The notes under the pieces: model-generated
The model's input: only the letters and a program-made list of their open reading frames with translations
Told to the model about the DNA's origin: nothing
The model's database searches: none
Made by a program: the position numbers and the translations under genes
Part shown: in pieces, positions 9,152 through 18,106 of the stretch
Layout: each line of letters opens with the position of its first letter
Position numbering within the stretch: the stretch's first letter is position 1
From: a virus
Direction: 5' to 3' (one strand)
Virus record (IMG/VR): IMGVR_UViG_3300014613_000017
Coordinates: 63,184-127,183 of that record
DNA length: 64,000 nucleotides

Positions 9152-11455
9152 TTATAATTTATTATCAGAAACTTCAGCATTCATATCAGTATTCATCTCA
9201 GCATTAATCAGATCACGTAGGAAGGTTTTACGGACTGAGCTTGCATCTACTGTGATAGCCTTATGCAATGCATTTCCTTCTACCAATGCAACTCCTTTTT
9301 CAATTGCACGAGTAATTGCTGTATAAACTAACTGACGTGATAGCAATGTGAATGCACCATAGTCTAATGCAAATACGACATGCTTGATTCCACTTCCCTG
9401 TGAAGAATGAACAGTGAGAGCATATGCCAATTGAATCTTATCCAATTCCTTCTTCTCAATAAACACATCACCAACTTGCCCCTCGAATCGAACAAATACA
9501 CCCTCCAAGTCACCTGAGATAAGCACATCACCTATGATTCCCATTGTGCCATTGTAGACAGTTGTTGTAGGAGTCTTCTCATCCTCTTTCACATATTGTA
9601 TGAATTGGTCAAATGAATAGAATACTGGAATGTCATATGAATTTCCTTTATGGATAACCTTATCATTCATCTTGAATGTCTGATTTCTATGAACAATCGA
9701 ATCTGATTCAGCAGCATTGAATATCTTCTGCATTTCAGTATTCAGATTTTCTACAGATAAAACTTTCTTGTCCTTGTTAGCAACAATAACTTGGAAATCA
9801 AATAAATCTTTCGGCTCTTTGATTTTCTCTTTATATGCGTTAGCAATATTTAAAATATCTCTTGCAATATTATCTTTAGTCTCACCACTGTAAGCAATAA
9901 CCGTTTGATCTTGTAATTCACCATACGTTTCTTTTGTAGTTGTTTTAACATTGTATTTCATAATCTGCTTACCATCTCGGATATCATTAGCTAGACTGAG
10001 TATGCCTGATTTAGAAGCTTGTCTATGAACTTGTGTTAGCTCATATGAAGGGAACAGATTAGTAGTTAGTAAATCACGCAATACATCACCATAGCCAATT
10101 GCAGGAAGCTGACCGCTATCTCCTACTATGATTAACTTAGCACCATTTTTAATCGCTTCAAGCAGTTGTAGACTAAGGTTAACATCAACCATAGAGAACT
10201 CATCGGCAACAACCAAGTCATAGTCCATCTGCACTTTTTCATTAGGGTTCTGATTGCCACCAATAGCTCGGTGAATGGTAGATGATTCAATTCCTTTGAG
10301 TGCTAATACCTGTGCAGCTTTTCCACTCAATGCAACTGTAATGTAATTCTCTATCCCTAGTGTCTTGATGATTCCAGATACTAAAGTTGTTTTACCAACT
10401 CCACCTTTACCATTAATGACCATTACACCATGTTTATAACCTTCTATTAGCACTTGATGCTGCTCTTCTGTAAATGTGAAACCTTGTTCAGCTTCAACTT
10501 GCTTAATTCTAAAGTTCATATCATGCTCATTTTCAGTGAACTCATATGAATTAGCAATTCGTTTTAACTCTTGAAGCACTGATTGCTCTTGCTCATACAC
10601 ATAACGGAAAGTGATACGGTTATCATTTGCATAGAAGTATTCATTCTTGCTAAGGTTGTTGACACTCTCAATTAATGAATCAAGTTGCAACTCCAATAGT
10701 TTAGCTAACTTATCTAACAAGTCACCACGTTTAATCCAAGTGTGTCCACTATCTAATTCCTTTTGAATGACATAGCTGATAGCTGAATGGATGCGATTAG
10801 AATTGTAAGGGTCATCTCCTCTAGCCATAGCTACTTTATCTATCGTAAGGAATCCAAATGTATCAATCTTGCATAGTTCGTAAATGTTTGTAGTAATAAT
10901 GTGCAATGCTTTTTTTGCATCGTTATAGTGGTCATTAATCTTCTTCAGTTGATTCGTTGTGAAACCCATTCCTTCTGATCCTGCAATAACTACAGACAAT
11001 TCATCATTTGTTTGGATTTTCTCTCTAATCTTATCTAGTGTCTTATCCTTGATGCCTTTTGTCTTTGTTGTATCAATTTGATTGGCAACAATTAAATCAA
11101 CCAGCTTCTGATTAGGATATGCTTTAGTAAGTGTATCGAATTGTGTCTCAGTTAAGATTGCTTTCAGGAAACGATTCTGTGATTCCATTGTGTCTAACTT
11201 TTCAGCTTCAACGTCCAATATCTTATAGTAAGCTCCATATTGTTCATGCATGTAGTGTCCTTCAAACTTAACTAAATATGTTTCACCTTTAGTCAATTGT
11301 CTTGTATCACCTTGGATAGCTACGTTATTGAATTTGTTTTTGATTAGTTCTTGGTTGTAATTAACAGGCAGGCATCCGTATATGCCACTTCCACTATCTT
11401 TATTGTAGAACACTTCTCTTATTATCCTTACTTCCATTTCATACGTCTTCGTCAT
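9152..11455 (-). CDS. recD2: RecD2-like SF1B DNA helicase
   Basis: Walker A GKGGVGKT, motifs ADEFSM, VGDSGQLP, LTQVHRQ, YALTVHSSQGS, LVYTAITRA; N-terminal OB/HhH region. Confidence 0.9.
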   Translation of the reverse strand: MTKTYEMEVRIIREVFYNKDSGSGIYGCLPVNYNQELIKNKFNNVAIQGDTRQLTKGETYLVKFEGHYMHEQYGAYYKILDVEAEKLDTMESQNRFLKAILTETQFDTLTKAYPNQKLVDLIVANQIDTTKTKGIKDKTLDKIREKIQTNDELSVVIAGSEGMGFTTNQLKKINDHYNDAKKALHIITTNIYELCKIDTFGFLTIDKVAMARGDDPYNSNRIHSAISYVIQKELDSGHTWIKRGDLLDKLAKLLELQLDSLIESVNNLSKNEYFYANDNRITFRYVYEQEQSVLQELKRIANSYEFTENEHDMNFRIKQVEAEQGFTFTEEQHQVLIEGYKHGVMVINGKGGVGKTTLVSGIIKTLGIENYITVALSGKAAQVLALKGIESSTIHRAIGGNQNPNEKVQMDYDLVVADEFSMVDVNLSLQLLEAIKNGAKLIIVGDSGQLPAIGYGDVLRDLLTTNLFPSYELTQVHRQASKSGILSLANDIRDGKQIMKYNVKTTTKETYGELQDQTVIAYSGETKDNIARDILNIANAYKEKIKEPKDLFDFQVIVANKDKKVLSVENLNTEMQKIFNAAESDSIVHRNQTFKMNDKVIHKGNSYDIPVFYSFDQFIQYVKEDEKTPTTTVYNGTMGIIGDVLISGDLEGVFVRFEGQVGDVFIEKKELDKIQLAYALTVHSSQGSGIKHVVFALDYGAFTLLSRQLVYTAITRAIEKGVALVEGNALHKAITVDASSVRKTFLRDLINAEMNTDMNAEVSDNKL

Positions 11456-11760
11456 TCCTTCATCCTCTTTTCTATTATAATTTATTATTTATACATTCAT
11501 TATCAAGATGTCACCCACACTGGATAAACACCTACACTTTATACTATATACCATTGTTTGGAATTTATCAATAGATAAATAAATTATAATTAAAATAAGT
11601 TTATTTTCATATGCTATTGATAAAATAGGATTTAATGTATATAGTTAGTAATGTAAGGACTTATCTTACATAGAGTATTACATTAATAGTAAATTATAAT
11701 ATAAATAAACAATATTGCAACCTCGAAAGGAGGGAGCATGACAGAGAGAGCATCGGGGGA

Positions 11761-12324
11761 ATGGATTTGGCAGATGTAAAAATTAGAGTAGATGATAGTA
11801 GTAATAGCTTATTCTTTAAGGACTTTACTCTTTCTGATATTAACGTAATAAAATTATTGATTCAATACAGATACAAATATGACAACTATCTTTATTCAGA
11901 GAAAAACTTCTTCTTTGGTGAAGCTGGTGAGATTCAATCAATGAATGAGGAGATTATACTTACTTATATATCTTTAGATCAGACCATTGTGGAATGCAAC
12001 TTCTCACCTGAACAACTGAAACTAATTGGATTGTACGAGCATGGATTCACCATAAAGGAAATGGCTACAGAGATGGGATTAGGCACAGACAAGTATATTA
12101 GAAAGAAATTTAACACGATATGCAATCAGATAGTTAAGCAAAACTTATGGAATTGGCGGAAAACGCACTATACACATTCGCTGAAACTCAAGAGCAAGAA
12201 ATGCAGTAAGTGTAAGGAGTTCTTACCAGCTACAGATGAGTTTTTTAGCCCGTTACACCATACAAAAGATGGCTTCCACAGCCAGTGTAAGAAGTGTAAA
12301 GATTTAAATATCCGAAAAACATAG
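11761..12324 (+). CDS. DNA-binding protein with sigma-region-4/LuxR-like HTH and C-terminal CxxC Zn finger
   Basis: FSPEQLKLIGLYEHGFTIKEMATEMG HTH pattern; CSKC...CKKC. Confidence 0.55.
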   Translation: MDLADVKIRVDDSSNSLFFKDFTLSDINVIKLLIQYRYKYDNYLYSEKNFFFGEAGEIQSMNEEIILTYISLDQTIVECNFSPEQLKLIGLYEHGFTIKEMATEMGLGTDKYIRKKFNTICNQIVKQNLWNWRKTHYTHSLKLKSKKCSKCKEFLPATDEFFSPLHHTKDGFHSQCKKCKDLNIRKT

Positions 12325-12371
12325 GCAAATAGGTGTTCAAGGACACGAACTATATTAGAGGGAGTTATTTT

Positions 12372-12776
12372 ATGAAATTAAAATTTACGAATGGGAAGTC
12401 TTTTCTTCTTCCAGATAGCATTGAGCCATCAGAAAGATTGATTGAAATTAATAAAGTATTAGAATCAGAACTTATATTTGATGGTCGCAAGATGACTGTT
12501 GAAAGTTACTTTAGAGAAACTTGGAATAAGCCGACAACATTAACAGCACTAGATAGAATCAGTTACTACTTAAGCAAAATGCCAGAACAAAAAGGTCAGC
12601 ACGACTCAGCTATCCTTTCTAAGAATGATGAAATGGAAATGAATCAAGGTGTTCGCTGGAAGACTCAAAAAGGCGAAAGAATTATTGTTAAAGCAAGATA
12701 TTCAAACTTTGGGGACTTAAGCTTAGATTTAAAAGCTGAAATTGGACTAATAGATACAAGCGATTCTTACAATTAA
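12372..12776 (+). CDS. hypothetical phage protein
   Basis: ORF 12333-12776; ATG 12372 follows RBS AGGGAG. Confidence 0.7.
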   Translation: MKLKFTNGKSFLLPDSIEPSERLIEINKVLESELIFDGRKMTVESYFRETWNKPTTLTALDRISYYLSKMPEQKGQHDSAILSKNDEMEMNQGVRWKTQKGERIIVKARYSNFGDLSLDLKAEIGLIDTSDSYN

Positions 12777-12927
12777 ACTACTGTTTGGGAGTTAAAACCT
12801 CCCAAATTAATAAATTATAACTTAATAATACACAGAAATGTACGAAAAAGCAACGAAAACTAAAGGTTTTTGCGTTATTTTCCCTAAAAAGCGTAAGAAA
12901 ACACAGAGAAAAAGGAGATTGAATTAA

Positions 12928-13230
12928 ATGACATTATTATCAAAAGGTGAATTCGTATCAGCATTAGCAGCACAACGAGAGGTTACTAAAAAGGAAGCGT
13001 CTGAATTATTGGATGATGTATTTGCAGTAATTGATAGTGCGTTAATTGATGAATTGAAAGATGTAAAACTAGGCGACATTGGAACACTGAAAGTGGTTGA
13101 AGTTCCTGAGCGTACCCATAAAAATCCTAAAACTGGTGAAGCAGTTATTAAACCTAAACATTATGCAGTGAAATTTAAAACTAATAAGAACTTCAAAGAA
13201 GACTTAGCTGAAGTTCCAGTAGAAGGGTAA
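12928..13230 (+). CDS. HU-family histone-like DNA-binding protein (YonN-like)
   Basis: SKGEFVSALA...LGDIGTLKVVEVPERTHKNPKTGEAVIKP...VKFKTNKNFK matches the HU/IHF pattern. Confidence 0.9.
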   Translation: MTLLSKGEFVSALAAQREVTKKEASELLDDVFAVIDSALIDELKDVKLGDIGTLKVVEVPERTHKNPKTGEAVIKPKHYAVKFKTNKNFKEDLAEVPVEG

Positions 13231-13320
13231 AAATAACTAATCATGGAGTGAAGAACTGCTGTCGATCATTATCACATACGTTCGGTAACTACTCACACCT
13301 TCATTCCATGGTTCTTATTA

Positions 13321-14586
13321 ATGGGGATGCTTATGACAGAAAAACTTTGGATTGCTGACACTAATTTTTTATACAACGGAGTCGAAGAAGCGATTGAAAG
13401 CAAGAAAATTGTTCTCATGTCTACTGTGCGTCAAGAGGCAGATAAACATAAGAATGCAACTGACGTTGACTTGCGATTCAAGGCTAGAAAGCTAAATAGA
13501 TTTGTTTTTGAAAACTACGATAAGTTTCATCACGATGTTGGTGAATACAATCCTGAAGTTATTTTGGGTGAAGATTATGATCGTGGAGTTATGGACAACC
13601 GAATCGTGGCTTGTGCAAAGGCAAATGGATATGGGATTCTCACAAATGATTTAAACCTCTTCTCTACTGCTAAAGCATTTGGAATTGAAGTTGACACACT
13701 TGATTCTGGATTATTGCTAAATAAAGGTGAATACACAGGTATCCTAAAAGTATATGTGACTAGAAACAGCACAGAAGAAGAGTTGTTTGCAAAAGTATAT
13801 CAAGACCCAAGTGTTAACTCATTTGGACTATTAACTAATCAATACATTGTTTTCTATGATAAAGATACGCCTATTGAATTTGACGAAGAGAAAAATCCAA
13901 CAAAATATAAAGTACTAGATAAACTTAGATGGAACGGAAAAGAGCTAGTTAAACTTAAACTTCCTCATAAGAAAGTTGTACAGGCTAGGAATGAAGAACA
14001 AGAATGTGCAATTGATTTGCTTAATAATGATGATATTCCAATTAAATTTATTATTGGTGTAAGCGGATCAGGGAAAACTAAACTATCTGCAAAATTAGGT
14101 ATCCACAAAGTAGTAGATACTGGAGCACATGCAAAAATTCTTGCAATCAGAAATCCAATTGGTTCAGGAGAGAATATTGGTTTCTTGCCAGGAGATTTCT
14201 CCGAAAAGACAGATAAATTCTTCGCACCAATCATTGATTGCTTAAAGGGTGGAGAACTGGAAGCTGCACTAATGGAACAGAAAGGTCAACTAGAGAAACA
14301 AATTCCTTACTTCTCAAAAGGGCTTACTTGGAACGATAGCTATGTACTTGTCGATGAAGCTGAGGATTTAAGCAGATCGAACGTCATCTTGCTTGGTTCT
14401 CGAATAGGCATACAGGCTACAATTGTCTTTGCTGGTGACTATAAACAAGTTGAAGATAAGTATTCTCGCAACAATGGTTTGATTCAAGCTATTGAAGAAC
14501 TTAAAGGTAAATCATTAGTTGGTGTAGTATCACTAAGCGATGACATTCGTTCTGAAGCTTCTAAGTTATTTGCTGAAATGAATTAA
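13321..14586 (+). CDS. phoH: PIN-PhoH (PhoH2-type) ATPase/ribonuclease
   Basis: N-terminal PIN motifs (IADTN, DNRIV, LTNDLNL); Walker A GVSGSGKT; VDEAEDL; AGDYKQ. Confidence 0.85.
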   Translation: MGMLMTEKLWIADTNFLYNGVEEAIESKKIVLMSTVRQEADKHKNATDVDLRFKARKLNRFVFENYDKFHHDVGEYNPEVILGEDYDRGVMDNRIVACAKANGYGILTNDLNLFSTAKAFGIEVDTLDSGLLLNKGEYTGILKVYVTRNSTEEELFAKVYQDPSVNSFGLLTNQYIVFYDKDTPIEFDEEKNPTKYKVLDKLRWNGKELVKLKLPHKKVVQARNEEQECAIDLLNNDDIPIKFIIGVSGSGKTKLSAKLGIHKVVDTGAHAKILAIRNPIGSGENIGFLPGDFSEKTDKFFAPIIDCLKGGELEAALMEQKGQLEKQIPYFSKGLTWNDSYVLVDEAEDLSRSNVILLGSRIGIQATIVFAGDYKQVEDKYSRNNGLIQAIEELKGKSLVGVVSLSDDIRSEASKLFAEMN

Positions 14587-14609
14587 TAGTAAATTGTAAT
14601 TAAAACTAC

Positions 14610-15285
14610 ACTTTTAACTGGAAGAGCGTACTCCATAAACGCTACATGGTCGTAGTCGCCATGAGCCTTTCCTCAAGGAATACCGTTAGGCGGATGACAG
14701 ATAAGGGCAAACTGCAACCCGACTTCATAAGTCCTGAGCGTGGTCAAGCAAAGGGATTAACAATACCTTAACTAGACCAACTTAATTGTTGGTTCAGACA
14801 ACCTTAAACAAACATTAAACTATGAGTGTGCGTAGCCTTAAATACTTTTGGCACATTCCATGACGCTTTTGCATTTGAAGTCTAAAAAGGGTGGCTCTCA
14901 GTAATAGCTTATGACTTTGGTGATTGGAGAGTAAATCACAAAAATGCAATCAACATCAAGTCTTAATTGGCTTAATCAAGAATTACTCAGCCCTTGCAGG
15001 AAACTGTAGTGCGGCAGTGGATGTCAGTAATGCTCCACATAAAAGTATTTTACACTCCATGTCCTACCTCCTAATCAGGGTTATTGAAAAAGGACGAAAA
15101 AACATCTCACGATTTCATTATCGTTAAAATGAATAAGGCTGATTACCTGACACGAGCAGTCGTCCTTCCCATAGTCGTTGGACATTGAGATGCCAACTGT
15201 ATTGGTTTTGCAGTTGGATACATAGATAGGGTTCATCATATCCCTTCCCAAAATGATGACGAGTACAAAGAGACTATTGAGAAAA
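14610..15285 (+). ncRNA. candidate large ornate non-coding RNA (ROOL/GOLLD size class, family unassigned)
   Basis: About 670 nt with no credible ORF; more than 15 hairpins or long-range helices, a GAAA tetraloop and crossing helices. Confidence 0.7.
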
Positions 15286-15300
15286 AGGAGAATGATATAT

Positions 15301-15501
15301 ATGGGGAAACAAACACTTAACTATTCATTTAAAAATGCTGAAATTTCACTAGAGGATAATACAATTACAGAGATTGGTAAGGAAGAAATTAAAACTTATG
15401 TATTGACTGACATCCTTCGCAAATTTGAAGGTGAAGGTAAAAAAGTAAATCTGACAATCCAAGAGTCATCTGAGCTTGAAACAGAATTGGATGGAGAGTG
15501 A
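15301..15501 (+). CDS. YonK-like protein
   Basis: Resembles SPbeta YonK (SFKNAEISLEDNTITE...LRKFEGE.KKVNLTI); ATG 15301 after RBS AAGGAG. Confidence 0.6.
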   Translation: MGKQTLNYSFKNAEISLEDNTITEIGKEEIKTYVLTDILRKFEGEGKKVNLTIQESSELETELDGE

Positions 15502-15505
15502 TTAG

Positions 15506-16693
15506 ATGATGAATCCTAAAAAGTATGATTCAGAATCAATTACTGACTACAAAATCCGTATCTGTGGAAACAAAGAGCTATTAAACCTCACATGGGTGCA
15601 AGTAAGTGAGCTGCTTAATAAAGAGACTGGTCAAAATTTTGGTGAATCAGCTTATCGTAAGTGGTTTCAGAATTTTAACAATGGTATCGAATACGCCACT
15701 GAAAACAATGTGGAGTCAAATGAGATTCTTGAAGAACTAAAAGCTAAAACTAAAGAATTAGAAATCGCTAAAATACAATATGCAGATCAGAAGCGTGAAT
15801 ATAAACACTACTTACGTCACGAAGGTCGATTAGACCATCTTTTGAAAACAATGCTTGAGTCAATTAAAGAGGAAATGAATACTAAGAAGCCTCTTGAGTG
15901 GATTAAGCCAGTTGTCAAAAATGACAGTAACGGAGCTTTAGCTTTAATGCTTAGTGACTTACACAGAGGACAGAAATCAGATAACCACTGGAACAAATTT
16001 GATGAAACAATATTTGATGAACGTATGAATCAAGTTGCAAACGAAACCGTTGAGTATCAGAAGCTAACAGGAACTAAAGAGCTTCATATTATGCAGCTAG
16101 GCGATCTTATTGAAGGAACACTTCATCGACTTACTAAAATTGGTGAGACTGAAACAGCCGTTGAGCAAACGCAACGAGTATCAGAATCACTAAGTGAATT
16201 GGTTTCTTACTTTGCTACTCATTTCGAGAAGGTTCACTTCTACAGCGTAAAAGGAAATCACGATAGAGTCTCTAGTCGTAAAGAAGAAGAGATTAAAACT
16301 GAAAGCTTCCATGACTTTGTTACATGGTACATGAAGGCTCGACTTGGCAAACATGAAAATGTTGTATTCCATGAGAATGAGTATGACAGTGAAATCATTG
16401 TAGCTGAAATTTGTGGCAAGAATTACTTTGGTGTACATGGTCATTTAGAATCTTATGGTAAAGTGATTCATGATTTAACTATGATGATTCAGAAGTTTCC
16501 TACTGCTGTATTGGCTGGACACATCCATCAAAACTTTGAAAAAGAAACTCATGGTGTTGATTTAATTGTTAACGGTGGATTTGCTGGAACGAATGGATAC
16601 GCTAAAGATAAACGATTACATTCTAAAGCACATCAGAAGCTATTGTGGCTTGATGAGAATGGACGTAGAGCTACATTTTATATTAAATTTTAA
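15506..16693 (+). CDS. calcineurin-like metallophosphoesterase (YonJ-like) with N-terminal DNA-binding/coiled-coil region
   Basis: SDLH, GDLIEG, GNHD, HGH, GHIH metal-binding motifs. Confidence 0.8.
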   Translation: MMNPKKYDSESITDYKIRICGNKELLNLTWVQVSELLNKETGQNFGESAYRKWFQNFNNGIEYATENNVESNEILEELKAKTKELEIAKIQYADQKREYKHYLRHEGRLDHLLKTMLESIKEEMNTKKPLEWIKPVVKNDSNGALALMLSDLHRGQKSDNHWNKFDETIFDERMNQVANETVEYQKLTGTKELHIMQLGDLIEGTLHRLTKIGETETAVEQTQRVSESLSELVSYFATHFEKVHFYSVKGNHDRVSSRKEEEIKTESFHDFVTWYMKARLGKHENVVFHENEYDSEIIVAEICGKNYFGVHGHLESYGKVIHDLTMMIQKFPTAVLAGHIHQNFEKETHGVDLIVNGGFAGTNGYAKDKRLHSKAHQKLLWLDENGRRATFYIKF

Positions 16694-16739
16694 ATAATAA
16701 ATTATAATCATAAATCAATCGAATAAAAGGAGAATACAC

Positions 16740-17165
16740 ATGAACAACGAAAATGAAGTAAATGAATGCACAGATGATAGTTGCTTACATTGCCAGTTAG
16801 TTGAAGAATTTCGTTTTCTTGTAGCTGAAGAGAATGCTTCTTGGGAAGATGCCTTGAGATACGTGCTACATGTTGCTTCTGAAGAGCAAGGAATAACTGA
16901 GCAAGAGCTGGGTGAGATTTTGTCGGAGTCCTATACTGACGGATTCGAAGACGGGCTTCAAACAGCGACTCGCAAAGCTGCCAACCTATTGAATGAACTA
17001 GTTGATTACACAGATGAGCAAATTGCTGATTATCGTGCTGAACGTGAAGCTGAATTAAATGGTGAGTTTGATGACGCTGAAGCTGAAGAAGAGATTGAAG
17101 ATATTTCGGATGAGGAGTTCGATAAAATTGCTAAGCTTATTCGTGAAAGTCAGGGACGTAATTAG
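16740..17165 (+). CDS. highly acidic hypothetical protein with CxxxxCxxC motif
   Basis: 141 aa, D/E-rich, RBS AGGAG. Confidence 0.7.
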   Translation: MNNENEVNECTDDSCLHCQLVEEFRFLVAEENASWEDALRYVLHVASEEQGITEQELGEILSESYTDGFEDGLQTATRKAANLLNELVDYTDEQIADYRAEREAELNGEFDDAEAEEEIEDISDEEFDKIAKLIRESQGRN

Positions 17166-17310
17166 AGACATGATTCTGATGGGATATATTGTGTGGATGA
17201 TTAAGAGTGAAGATTTGAGAAGTCGGATTGAGGATAAAGTGATGAAGATGGATATGAATATTAAGGATAGAGAAGGTAAATAGAGATTGAGACACAAGGA
17301 GGAAATGAGA

Positions 17311-17931
17311 ATGAGTGAGAAAAAGCCACATGTACTAGGACTAAACAGCGACTATTTAGATTTAGAGTTGCCATCTACAATGGGAGATTACCAAATGTGG
17401 GAGGCTTATCGAGATCGTAAGATTATCTTCAATGACACTGTGGACTCTCAGATTGTTAATACAATTGTTCATTGGATTATTAAGTGGAATGAAGAAGATG
17501 ACAAGGCTGGACTTGTTGGAGATCAACGTAAAAAAATACAAATTTTCATTACCTCAAATGGTGGCGATGTCGTAAGTGGTTTTGCGGTTCTAGATGCTGT
17601 CAAAGCAAGTAAAACTCCTGTAGAAACAGTTGCATTGGGTTGTGCAGCTTCAATGGGAATACTCCTTCTTATGAGTGGGCATCGAAGATTAGCATATCCG
17701 AACACTGTACTATTAATCCATGATGGATCGCTATCGGCTAGTGGCAGTAGCAACAAGGTGAAAAGCACAATGGCATTTTATGAGAAACTTGATGCACGAG
17801 TTAAGAAATTCATCTTAGGTAATACGAAAATTAGTGAAGAGTTGTATGACAAGAATAGTGATATTGAATGGTTTATGTTCGCAGATGAAGAAGGATTAGA
17901 ACTAGGAATTATTGATGCAATTTTAGATTAG
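17311..17931 (+). CDS. clpP: ClpP-family serine protease
   Basis: ITSNGGDV, AASMG catalytic Ser, IHDG catalytic His, GIIDAI C-terminus. Confidence 0.85.
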   Translation: MSEKKPHVLGLNSDYLDLELPSTMGDYQMWEAYRDRKIIFNDTVDSQIVNTIVHWIIKWNEEDDKAGLVGDQRKKIQIFITSNGGDVVSGFAVLDAVKASKTPVETVALGCAASMGILLLMSGHRRLAYPNTVLLIHDGSLSASGSSNKVKSTMAFYEKLDARVKKFILGNTKISEELYDKNSDIEWFMFADEEGLELGIIDAILD

Positions 17932-18007
17932 ATGTTTTATTAGAGGCTTGAAATTCGAGCTTCTGAGTAAGGTATTTAATTAGTGAGTTATAAATTTAAT
18001 TAAAACA

Positions 18008-18104
18008 AAAGGACAAGAGGAAGTCATGAGCCTCTTGAATGGTGTACCTTCGCACACCGTCCTTTTGTTTATTTGTGTTTAGCGAAGGAAATACAATGCG
18101 AAGG
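18008..18104 (+). promoter_or_regulatory. structured leader (3-way junction) with anti-SD loop upstream of endonuclease gene
   Basis: Stems 18008-14/18059-65, 18015-20/18031-36, 18041-45/18054-58; loop CCTTCGC complementary to GCGAAGG at 18082 and 18098. Confidence 0.55.
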
Positions 18105-18106
18105 AA

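Noticed and set aside
14924-15127. 67-aa ORF inside the phoH-yonK gap
   Set aside because: TTG start without a clear RBS, atypical composition, and it lies inside the densely paired region; more likely a chance ORF in a structured RNA.
14828-15285. GTGCG (group II 5' end) and GAGACTA (group I P7-like) words in the candidate RNA
   Set aside because: No domain V hairpin or AY end for group II; the P7 partner lies in the wrong order for group I; neither flanking gene appears interrupted.
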